Shown piece by piece: positions 1-8,101 of a stretch of 31,566 nucleotides of DNA. Location of the stretch: the NCBI GenBank assembly GCA_049472415.1, contig JBLIRS010000001.1, forward strand, positions 1 through 31,566, read 5' to 3'. The notes beneath the pieces are model-generated. The model was not told the DNA's origin. It saw only the letters and a list, made by a program, of their open reading frames with translations, and searched no databases. Each line of letters starts with the position of its first letter. Positions within the stretch are counted from its first letter, which is position 1. The DNA is from a bacterium. Lineage in GTDB: Bacteria; SZUA-182; DTGQ01; JAFGSM01. The translations under genes and the position numbers were made by a program.

Positions 1-1104
1 CGGCCAATCCTCAACGTCCCTGGTGTTATAAAAATGGACTACCTCTTTTAGAGACTTGAAAACACCATTGTGAAGATAAGCCTTTGGAAAATAAAGGCCC
101 GGGCGTTTATCGACATTTCTCAGGGTCGGGACCTTGTGTTTTCCCATATTCTCGTCAGCAAGGGCCTGCCACTCAGGCAGCATATCTAAAGTCTTTAAGA
201 AACCTCCTAATCCCTCGTCTATCCAGTCCGCTCCATCGGGATTGATGGGTGTCCCGTCATCGAGGTATACCTTATCCATCTTATAAAATGGATTATCGGG
301 ATTTTTAGGGGTGCCAAGATTGTCAAAGGTAAAGTCTGTGAAAAGGGGAGGCTCGCCATCCGATCCTGGTTCACTGGGATGGCATGCTGAACACATGCCT
401 TTCCCTTCAAAAAGCTCCAGTCCCCATGCTTCCTGCTCAGTCAACTCTGCATCTCCGCCAAGGTAAAGGTCATACTTGGATGAAAACTGATTGACTTCGC
501 TCGAAGCCTCATATGCAGCAATAGACAATCCAATGCGATCGTAATTTTCATCAATTTTATCAGGAGTTTCCACGCTAACCGGCTCTCCCCAGGCTGCTTC
601 CCATAAATATGCGTATCGTGAAGCAGCCACCTGTTTCAATACTGCCTCCTTGCTGGGATTGTTCTGTTCCACGGGGTTCAAAAACGGGCCGAGGGCCTGA
701 TCAGCCGCGGGATTTCCTAACACCTCTCCTGTAGCCCTGCCATCCCAGAAGTTTCCACCTACAAAAAGGCCTTCTGCTTCATCATAATGAAAGATTGGGC
801 TAAGAGTCGCGTAGGCTGCGCTCGGTGGTTTACGATTGCCGAAGCGCTGGGGAACGGCTCCTCTATAAACACTGCCTGACATATTTATTCCGGCGATGGG
901 TCCCGTAAAGCCGGTGCTGGGTGCATGACAGTCGGCACAGGACATAGAGTCAGGACTCGAAATCTTGTCAAAGAACAGGGCTTTGCCTAATTCTGCCATG
1001 GGTGTAAGATTTCCTCCGTTAGCCATGGTAATATTTAAAGAACACATCAATGAGGTTATGATCAAAAAAGTCGACAGATAATTAAAGGCTCTTTTCCAAT
1101 TCAT
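1..1104 (-). CDS. Secreted di-heme cytochrome c peroxidase / MauG-family protein (3'-truncated by window edge, 368 codons visible)
   Basis: Translated by hand; absent from the ORF track because the stop lies outside the window. ATG at 1104 with AGGAGG SD (1111-1116 on minus strand), signal-peptide-like N-terminus MNWKRAFNYLSTFLIITSLMCSLNITMA, two CxxCH motifs (CADCH 925-939, CSACH 379-393), GNFWDGRA, KVPTLRNV, AYLHNGVFKSLKEVVHFYN. Confidence 0.92.
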   Translation of the reverse strand, partial: MNWKRAFNYLSTFLIITSLMCSLNITMANGGNLTPMAELGKALFFDKISSPDSMSCADCHAPSTGFTGPIAGINMSGSVYRGAVPQRFGNRKPPSAAYATLSPIFHYDEAEGLFVGGNFWDGRATGEVLGNPAADQALGPFLNPVEQNNPSKEAVLKQVAASRYAYLWEAAWGEPVSVETPDKIDENYDRIGLSIAAYEASSEVNQFSSKYDLYLGGDAELTEQEAWGLELFEGKGMCSACHPSEPGSDGEPPLFTDFTFDNLGTPKNPDNPFYKMDKVYLDDGTPINPDGADWIDEGLGGFLKTLDMLPEWQALADENMGKHKVPTLRNVDKRPGLYFPKAYLHNGVFKSLKEVVHFYNTRDVEDWP

Positions 1105-1956
1105 CTTTGGCCTCCTTTAATAATGCTAAAGAATTAATCCTGATTGTAGCCTTATTCAATTTTTATTATTTATAGCCCTCCTTCCTTCAAAAATTGATGT
1201 CCCATTTAATCTCCAGAAAACAAATGATATATGATAAATATATTATTTTGTTGGCTTAATGATACATAATAATTAAGCATTATAAAGAGATTAGCTTTGT
1301 AAAATATAATAATATGTTTAATTACTAAATAATTAAACCCAAATATTTTTAAATTAAGATTTAATCAATAGGGTGAAATTTAATAATACTAAGGGTTTAA
1401 AAAATTAATACAAATAGCTAATACTGAATCTGTCTAAATGTATTAATTCCTCCTAAAAAATAAAATTATGAAAAGTGTTTAAATATTTTTATAGTTTTAA
1501 AGGAAAAACTTATAATTGGGAAAAACAATGATGTAAAAGATCTCAGTACTAATTTAATTATATAATATTATAATAGGAATAAACCATTTTGTCAAAATTA
1601 CATCTAATCATTTTGGGGGCTTAAACATTTCAGTTTGTTAATCAGATTTTCCACAAGAAGTGTGGATATGCTGTTAATAAACCCTTCTTTTTTTCTGTAA
1701 TTTTTTGAAAAATTGAGAAAATTAGCAATGTGATATCAATATGGGCAAAATAGAAACAGATGGTATTTCAAAAAGATAGATATTGCATTTATACCTTTGT
1801 TTGTCATTTGTGAATTTGGGGAGGAATTATTCACAACCTTTTAAGTGAAGTTTTAGAAGATTCTTATGCCCTAATTTTACAAATAATTCAAAATGAAACA
1901 GGGGAAGGGTAAATTCATGTAGCAAAAATCACATAATATAAAAATAAAACTATTCC

Positions 1957-2289
1957 CTAAAACGGGGGTCCGTTGAAATATCCATAAAAGATGCAACCAT
2001 CGGGCGCGGTAAAAGGACCATGTTCATCCCCTGCAGGGGCATAGAAAAACATTCCCTTTTTGGTTTCATTACCATCAGTGTCAATAAGGCTTCCCTCCAG
2101 AATAAATATATCATGATCAGAAGGATGTGAATGCCTGGGTTCTTCAAATCCTTTGTCAAATTTGAATAAAGCTGAAAATGCACCGGTCTCTTCATCGTGA
2201 CTCAACATCTTTATCCATGCGCCAGAAGGAAGTTGTTCTATTGGTTGCCAATCAATTTTTCCCGGATCTATTAGAATTTTTTCTCTCAT
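1957..2289 (-). CDS. Small cupin-domain protein (ChrR/cupin_7-like)
   Basis: 110 aa; HSHPSDHDIFILEG and PAGDEHGPF cupin metal-binding motifs; strong SD (AAGGAGGTGA) before ATG. Confidence 0.85.
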   Translation of the reverse strand: MREKILIDPGKIDWQPIEQLPSGAWIKMLSHDEETGAFSALFKFDKGFEEPRHSHPSDHDIFILEGSLIDTDGNETKKGMFFYAPAGDEHGPFTAPDGCIFYGYFNGPPF

Positions 2290-2723
2290 GAATTCACCTC
2301 CTTATTAAAAAACATATCCTTTCATATTTTGTGATAGATAAATGAAATACCTTCCCCCTTTTGAAATCCGAAGCTTTAAGAGCTGCATTGAGCTAAAATT
2401 TCTTAGTTTGCCTGTTTAGTCTTGTTCTTTAAAAATCATCAATCAGTATTTTAATGCAGAATGAATTGTGAGTTCAACTATTGATAATATTGTAATAGGT
2501 TATTGAAGGGGTTATTGGTATTTTTTGTCAAAGTAACGAAGCAAGCTTCAAGGCCTTCAAAAAAGGTCCGTAGACAACGAAATGACTTTTTTTAAGAATC
2601 CATAATCCAATAATAAAGATTTATGCATATATAAAATCGGTCTTATATATTTATATAATTTTTTTTTAATGCTATAATTTTGTTGATTTTGAAAATACAT
2701 AATGTTACCCTAAATCTTCTATC

Positions 2724-2751
2724 TTGCAATTTTTCTTTTGTCTGTTAGACT
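2724..2751 (+). promoter_or_regulatory. Putative sigma70 promoter of the four-gene ATPase/helicase operon
   Basis: TTGCAA (2724-2729), N16, TAGACT (2746-2751), with an extended -10 TGn; 27 nt upstream of ATG 2779. Motif match only. Confidence 0.4.
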
Positions 2752-2778
2752 GGTTGCGGTAGATTATAGAGAGGGATT

Positions 2779-3648
2779 ATGAATATGAAATACACTTATC
2801 AGGAATTACGGAAGAAGATCGATCAAAGCAGAAAAGATTTGGCGGAGATAGAAAAATGTCTCAGGGAAGGGGAGGGTTTAGAAAAGGATCTTGATAAAAA
2901 TGTCTTTCAGATAGAGGACAGGCTTAAGAGGGTTGAACAGAAGGTGGAAAAATTAAAAGAACTGGAAGACCTGCGCGAGGATTTGAAAAAGGTAAAAGAG
3001 TTTGTTGTGGAGAAGAAAAAAATCCTTGAGCAACCTAAACATAAGCTGAAAATGTATTTAGGCGCTGAACTCGATCGAAGGTTTGGGGACAAGGGCTGGC
3101 ATATCGAAGGTAATTTCCCGGAGTTGAGGTTAGGGCTGCTGACCCTGGAGTTTTTACTATCGCAAGACCAGGTGAGGATCTGGTATGGACCGAAGATAGA
3201 GTTATTGAGCCGCTCCAAGCTTGTGGCGGATGATATTTCGAATATCGCGGGAAAAATATATGAAGATCTGGAAAACGAAAGCTTTAAGGATGGGGAAGCA
3301 TTTCTTAAACTCATTTTTGATGTCTATGGATGGATTTTAAAAAAAGAGGGGCTGGATTTCGGTGCCAATGTTTCTATAATTTATTTGTTAAGCGAGATAG
3401 CCTGGCGCAAGCAGGACGAGAAATTTTTTTCAGACCCCCGGAAAGAGCATTTCAGAAGTTACAGCCGTACACAATTGAGCTATGATCTTTTTCGACTTAA
3501 ACAACGTGAATGCGAGGGGTATGAATTGAGGCTGGGTGTGGCCAGCAGGGAGCAGACAAAAAATAAGGATGATAACCTCTGGATTCCAAGGAGTCTCAAA
3601 GGAGACGGTACCCATTTTGCCTTTGTCTGCTTTCATAAACATATATGA
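2779..3648 (+). CDS. Hypothetical protein, N-terminal coiled coil plus unknown C-terminal domain; first gene of ATPase/helicase operon
   Basis: 289 aa ORF with SD (GAGAGGGA); E/K/L heptad-rich first ~85 aa; stop lies 15 nt before the next likely ATG. Confidence 0.8.
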   Translation: MNMKYTYQELRKKIDQSRKDLAEIEKCLREGEGLEKDLDKNVFQIEDRLKRVEQKVEKLKELEDLREDLKKVKEFVVEKKKILEQPKHKLKMYLGAELDRRFGDKGWHIEGNFPELRLGLLTLEFLLSQDQVRIWYGPKIELLSRSKLVADDISNIAGKIYEDLENESFKDGEAFLKLIFDVYGWILKKEGLDFGANVSIIYLLSEIAWRKQDEKFFSDPRKEHFRSYSRTQLSYDLFRLKQRECEGYELRLGVASREQTKNKDDNLWIPRSLKGDGTHFAFVCFHKHI

Positions 3649-3663
3649 AGGATTTTGGATCTA

Positions 3664-4911
3664 ATGAATCAATTAAATAAGCATACGGCAAGAAGAATTA
3701 TTGAGACTGTTGGATCTTTCGGCACACCCCCTGAATGGGGTTTTCAGTATTTCACCGTGGGTCTCGATGATTATCTTCGTCTCATTGAGGATGAGTATCT
3801 GAAGACCTTTGTCAAAGAGGATGGGGGTTCCACCTTCAAGCTGGTTATCGGCGCTTATGGCGGAGGTAAAACCCATTTCTTGTATAATATTCGTGAGATG
3901 GCCTGGAACGAAAATTTTGTGGTCAGCTATGTAAACCTTAGCTCTGAAGAGGCTCCTTTTTACCGGCTTGAATTGGTATATCGTGCTATAGTGAACAATC
4001 TCATGTATCCGATGACCCCTGAAGAGCTTCTGAAAGGCCAGGAAAAGGGTATAGAGCCCTTTATCATAAACTGGTATGAGAAGCAGACCGAAATCTTCAT
4101 GGAAGCGGGTCTTCAGGGAGAGACCCTGGACCAGGAGCTTAACAACTATTCCGGGGCCATTCAGAGAAATATCGAAAATGTCAATTTTGCCAAGGCCGTT
4201 GCGCAGGAATTTCTTTTCCTGCATCAGGAGCGTGAAAAGGATTTTCGAAACATCCTTCAATGGTTAAAGCTGGAAGGTTATGACAGGAATATACACAAAG
4301 AGTATGGCCTGTTGCACCCAATAGGCCGCAGTAATTCCTTTTCCATGGTTCGTTCTCTTATTCAATGGGTAAAGAATATCGGTTATTCCGGAATAGTGAT
4401 CCTGTTTGATGAGGCGGAACAGGTGCCCAGCCTGAGCAGTAAGCAGAGGGAGTTGATGCTTAGCAATCTTAGAGAATTGATTGATGAATGCGGTCACGCG
4501 TCCTTTAAGAATGTTATGATCTTTTATGCCCTGCCCGACGAGCATATCTTTGAAGGCGCCTCCAATGTATATGAGGCGTTGAAACAGCGTATATCAAGTG
4601 TCTTCGACTTTTACAATCCTTCGGGGGTAAAGATCCGCCTTGAAGAAATGGATCGAGAGCCTATAATATTGCTGGAAAAGATCGGCAATAAGCTCAAAGC
4701 CGTATATGAAGACGCCTATGAATACTCCTTTAATGCCGACATATCCCCCTTTATAAAAAGGCTGGCCCAGGAGGCCTATGAACGCAGATTCGGTGATATT
4801 GGCTACATAAGGCTTTTTGTGCAGGGGGTTATTAAGGCCTTTCATATGGTAAGGAAAGAGCCAAAGGGTGCCTTTAATCAGGATACAACCTTAAAACTTC
4901 TGGAAGGATAG
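3664..4911 (+). CDS. P-loop ATPase, BrxD/DUF2791-like (BREX ATP-binding domain family)
   Basis: Walker A GAYGGGKTH, Walker B ILFDEAE, family-like segments GTPPEWG, VSYVNLS and PFYRLELVYRAIV. ATG 3664 preferred over TTG 3655 on SD spacing. Confidence 0.8.
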   Translation: MNQLNKHTARRIIETVGSFGTPPEWGFQYFTVGLDDYLRLIEDEYLKTFVKEDGGSTFKLVIGAYGGGKTHFLYNIREMAWNENFVVSYVNLSSEEAPFYRLELVYRAIVNNLMYPMTPEELLKGQEKGIEPFIINWYEKQTEIFMEAGLQGETLDQELNNYSGAIQRNIENVNFAKAVAQEFLFLHQEREKDFRNILQWLKLEGYDRNIHKEYGLLHPIGRSNSFSMVRSLIQWVKNIGYSGIVILFDEAEQVPSLSSKQRELMLSNLRELIDECGHASFKNVMIFYALPDEHIFEGASNVYEALKQRISSVFDFYNPSGVKIRLEEMDREPIILLEKIGNKLKAVYEDAYEYSFNADISPFIKRLAQEAYERRFGDIGYIRLFVQGVIKAFHMVRKEPKGAFNQDTTLKLLEG

Positions 4912-4925
4912 TAGAAGCAGAATTA

Positions 4926-6293
4926 ATGGAATGCCTAAAGGTAAGACATGCCATATTTGGCGAGGGCATAGCGATTGACAAAAGGCATCGTGGTCATGAA
5001 TACCTGGTTTGCTTCCCTCATTCCTTGCAACTCTGGTTAAAAAAAAGCAATTTGGCTTTTCTGGAAACAGAAATCCTTCCTGAAGAACAAAAACATATTC
5101 TTTCCCTGAATGAGCCTGAGCCGGAAGAAGCGGAGACCAGAATAACAGGAGAGGAACGGTCCGTCATCGAGGCCTTTCGTCTTGGGATTGTTCCGGCCCG
5201 GTCGATAAGGGAATGGACTGTGGGCAGGACCCGTGAGATAGAAACGGTACAAAAATGGCTTCAGGATGAATCATCCGGAACCATGATCATACGGGGAGAA
5301 TACGGAAGCGGTAAGACTCATCTGATTGAGTATCTCTATGCGAGCGGATTCGATCTTGATTATGCCGTCAGCCTTGTGGGTATCGATCCCTGTGACGCGC
5401 AACCCGGTTTCCCCAAGAGGATCTATCGCCACCTGATCAAAAACCTCAGGTTTCCCTACCAGGGTCACTACTATACCTTTTGTGAGCTATTGACCCTGAT
5501 CGGCAAAGGCTCTGAAAGGAATCCATTCCAGGGTCACTCCTTTTTGAAAGGGATAATGGAAAAGATAAAGAAAGAGAAGGATACTCCACAGATGTGGGAG
5601 TGGATAGAAGGCCAGGAGACAGCATTTTCTGAAATGGGCACCCTTTATGATCACACAACTGCCGCAAATATATACTGCAATATTTTGAGCGCTCTGGGAA
5701 TGCTTGCTGCAAAGGAATTGGGCCTGAAAGGTATACTACTCATGTTCGATGAGGCGGAAACCTCCCGCACCTATCGCTACTCTTATGAATGGACAAGGGC
5801 CGTAAATTTTTTCAATGCCCTTTCTATGGTGGCAAATGATGAGCCTGAGCTGAAGGAAGAGAGGGTGATAAAGGGTGATAATTATTATTATGGTGAAAGG
5901 ACAGGGCTGATATATTCCGGTTATGTCCGCATTCCATATGTATTTCAGCTTCCCAGCTTTCTTAAGGTGGCCTTTGCCTTCACTCCTGACTATAGACTCA
6001 GCCTCTCCAAAGAATACAATATTTATGAGATAGAATTGGAGTCGCTTCCTGTTCAACAGACAGAATACCTTTATTACAGGTTGATGGATATTTATGAGAA
6101 GATATATCAACACCAGATACCGAAAGGATATCGCAGGAGGCTCTTTGAAATGGTAAAGAATAATAGCTTTCAGTCCACTCGCAGGTTTATTAAGGCCATG
6201 GTGGAGAGCCTCGACTTCTCCAGGTTTTATTCCTTAAAAAACCTGGAAGATCTATTATCAAATGTATCCCACGGAAGAGTTTCTCAATATTAA
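4926..6293 (+). CDS. Second BrxD/DUF2791-like P-loop ATPase with small N-terminal beta domain
   Basis: 455 aa; IEAFRLGIVP, TVGRTREI, Walker A GEYGSGKTH, Walker B LMFDEAE; N-terminal VRHAIFGEG segment. Confidence 0.8.
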   Translation: MECLKVRHAIFGEGIAIDKRHRGHEYLVCFPHSLQLWLKKSNLAFLETEILPEEQKHILSLNEPEPEEAETRITGEERSVIEAFRLGIVPARSIREWTVGRTREIETVQKWLQDESSGTMIIRGEYGSGKTHLIEYLYASGFDLDYAVSLVGIDPCDAQPGFPKRIYRHLIKNLRFPYQGHYYTFCELLTLIGKGSERNPFQGHSFLKGIMEKIKKEKDTPQMWEWIEGQETAFSEMGTLYDHTTAANIYCNILSALGMLAAKELGLKGILLMFDEAETSRTYRYSYEWTRAVNFFNALSMVANDEPELKEERVIKGDNYYYGERTGLIYSGYVRIPYVFQLPSFLKVAFAFTPDYRLSLSKEYNIYEIELESLPVQQTEYLYYRLMDIYEKIYQHQIPKGYRRRLFEMVKNNSFQSTRRFIKAMVESLDFSRFYSLKNLEDLLSNVSHGRVSQY

Positions 6294-7848
6294 AAAACGG
6301 CTTAAGAGGACATGGGGACCTTTTTTCGGCAGATTCGGCAGCTTGAATTCCATCCAATTAGCTGTAATTCCTCATATTCTTAAAGGTGAAAATGTTATTA
6401 TCGCCTCCCCGACCGCCAGCGGGAAAACAGAAGCGGTTTTTGCCCCGTTGGTTGAAAGGGTTCATGAAACAGGAGCCGAGAGAGGTCTTGCAATCCTTTA
6501 TATTTCACCCACACGCGCCCTGGTAAACAATATCCACATCCGGCTAAACGGGATTCTGAAAGAGTGCGAACTGAGTGCAGCAGTAAAAACAGGTGACAGA
6601 CCCGAATTTTCTTTAAAGGATCCGGAGCATGTCCTCTTTACCACCCCTGAGTCCTTGGATTCCATGCTTTGTCGTCACCCTGATATATGGAAGGGTCTCA
6701 AGGCTATAATACTGGATGAGATCCACCTGATTGATGCAGGCTATAGGGGTGATCAATTACGAATACTGCTCGAGAGAATTAGATTTGAGCATATGAGGTC
6801 CTCCCTCCAGTATGCCGCCCTGTCAGCGACCCTGTATGAACCTGAGGACACGGCAAAACGCTATTTTCAGCCGGTTACCTCAATAAGGATAGGGGAGCCG
6901 AGACCGCTTTCACTGACACTTTTTTCTGATATTAAAAGGATGATAGAATTTATCAGACAGAAGAAGATACATAAGGTCCTGATATTTGCAAACAGCAGAA
7001 AGGATGTGGAGCGGCTTGGGACAGAGCTTAAAAACTTCTGGCCCAAAGACCGGATCATCATTCACCATGGAAGCCTTTCAAGGCAGATGAGAAGCGCCGC
7101 TGAAAAAGCGCTGCAGGAATGGCGATGGGGTATTTGCATCGCGACAATGACCCTTGAGATTGGGATTGATATAGGTGATTTCGATGCAGTAGTATGCTAT
7201 CGACCACCCCATACCCCCTCTTCCTTCCAGCAGCGAATAGGCAGGGGGTGCCGCCGGAGGGAGGTCATGCAGGCCCTTGGTTACTGTGACACAGAGGAAG
7301 AAAGGGCCTGCTTTAAACTCTATGAGCATATGGCCCGTCAGGGTGAGCTTGAGCCTATGGATTATGAACCGGACCCCTCGGTTGCTGTGCAGCAGATATT
7401 TTCATACCTTTTTTCCCATACGAGAGGAGAAGAGAAGGCACACCTGGAGTCTTTACTCAGTCCGCTTGTTGATGCATATCAAGTTGAGTCCATAATGAGC
7501 TACCTGACAGACCTGGGATATATTAATCAGAAAAGGGACCGGTTTTATGCAACTGAAAAACTCATGGATCTGGGAGAAAAGGGCTTAATACATTCCAATA
7601 TCCCAACCCTAAGAGAATATAAGGTTATAGACAAGAACACCGGCTGTCAGATCGGGGAGATTGGCCTCCAGGCCGTTCCCGGGACCATATTTGTCCTGGG
7701 CGGACGCGTCTGGGAGACTTTGTCAATAAAAGGATTAAACCTTTACGCCCGAACAATCGCCCAAAAGCCCCAATTCAAACATTTTCGCAGAAAAAGTCCT
7801 GCCGGCGCCTTTAGCAGGTTCCTGCCAGAGTCCTTTAAGATCCAATAA
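6262..7848 (+). CDS. DEAD/DEAH-box SF2 helicase, Lhr/BrxHI-like (short, 528 aa)
   Basis: Q-motif (LNSIQ), I SPTASGKTEA, Ia SPTRALVNN, Ib TTPESLD, II DEIH, III SAT, IV FANSRKDVE, HHGSLS, V ATMTLEIGIDIG, VI QRIGRGCRR. Overlaps the upstream ATPase by 32 nt. Confidence 0.9.
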   Translation: MYPTEEFLNIKKRLKRTWGPFFGRFGSLNSIQLAVIPHILKGENVIIASPTASGKTEAVFAPLVERVHETGAERGLAILYISPTRALVNNIHIRLNGILKECELSAAVKTGDRPEFSLKDPEHVLFTTPESLDSMLCRHPDIWKGLKAIILDEIHLIDAGYRGDQLRILLERIRFEHMRSSLQYAALSATLYEPEDTAKRYFQPVTSIRIGEPRPLSLTLFSDIKRMIEFIRQKKIHKVLIFANSRKDVERLGTELKNFWPKDRIIIHHGSLSRQMRSAAEKALQEWRWGICIATMTLEIGIDIGDFDAVVCYRPPHTPSSFQQRIGRGCRRREVMQALGYCDTEEERACFKLYEHMARQGELEPMDYEPDPSVAVQQIFSYLFSHTRGEEKAHLESLLSPLVDAYQVESIMSYLTDLGYINQKRDRFYATEKLMDLGEKGLIHSNIPTLREYKVIDKNTGCQIGEIGLQAVPGTIFVLGGRVWETLSIKGLNLYARTIAQKPQFKHFRRKSPAGAFSRFLPESFKIQ

Positions 7849-7914
7849 AAGAAAGCAATATCTTTTTTACAATCTTATCAGGTCTTGCATTTTATTTTAA
7901 TTTAAAAATCTTTA

Positions 7915-7944
7915 TTGACAAATATAGGAAGTATGAAGTATGTT
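7915..7944 (+). promoter_or_regulatory. Putative sigma70 promoter for the 8102 gene
   Basis: TTGACA (7915-7920), N18, TATGTT (7939-7944) in an AT-rich intergenic region. Confidence 0.4.
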
Positions 7945-8101
7945 ATTTATATAAAAGGGATTTTATTCAGATATATAAACTTATTTATTTTCTGTATAAA
8001 TATAACAGTTTCTTTTTTATTTTTCATCATGATTTATATCCCTAACTCCAACAAACAATAAATATATCTAATAAACCTTATCCGGAAGGGAGGCCCTCTT
8101 T

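Noticed and set aside
219-410. 63-aa minus-strand ORF in the track (MKGKACVQH...), and a possible frameshift in the di-heme gene
   Set aside because: It is an alternative frame inside the di-heme gene. Recounting the A5 run at 409-413 shows the main frame (LELFEGKGMCSACH) is continuous from 1104 to the window edge.
1809-1837. TTGTGAAT...ATTCACAA as a Rex operator
   Set aside because: The half-sites match, but the TTGTGAA/TTCACAA spacer is 15 nt rather than 4; more likely a weak hairpin downstream of the cupin gene.
1105-1956. Hidden RNA gene or small CDS in the 850-bp AT-rich gap
   Set aside because: No tRNA cloverleaf, GC-rich structured segment or SD-supported ORF was seen.
2779-7848. Calling the operon a BREX system
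   Set aside because: No PglX methyltransferase, PglZ, BrxC/PglY or BrxA/B in the operon or window; only the BrxD-like and BrxHI-like components are present.
2290-8101. Mobile genomic island around the ATPase/helicase operon
   Set aside because: No integrase, transposase, tRNA attachment site or flanking direct repeats were detected by eye.
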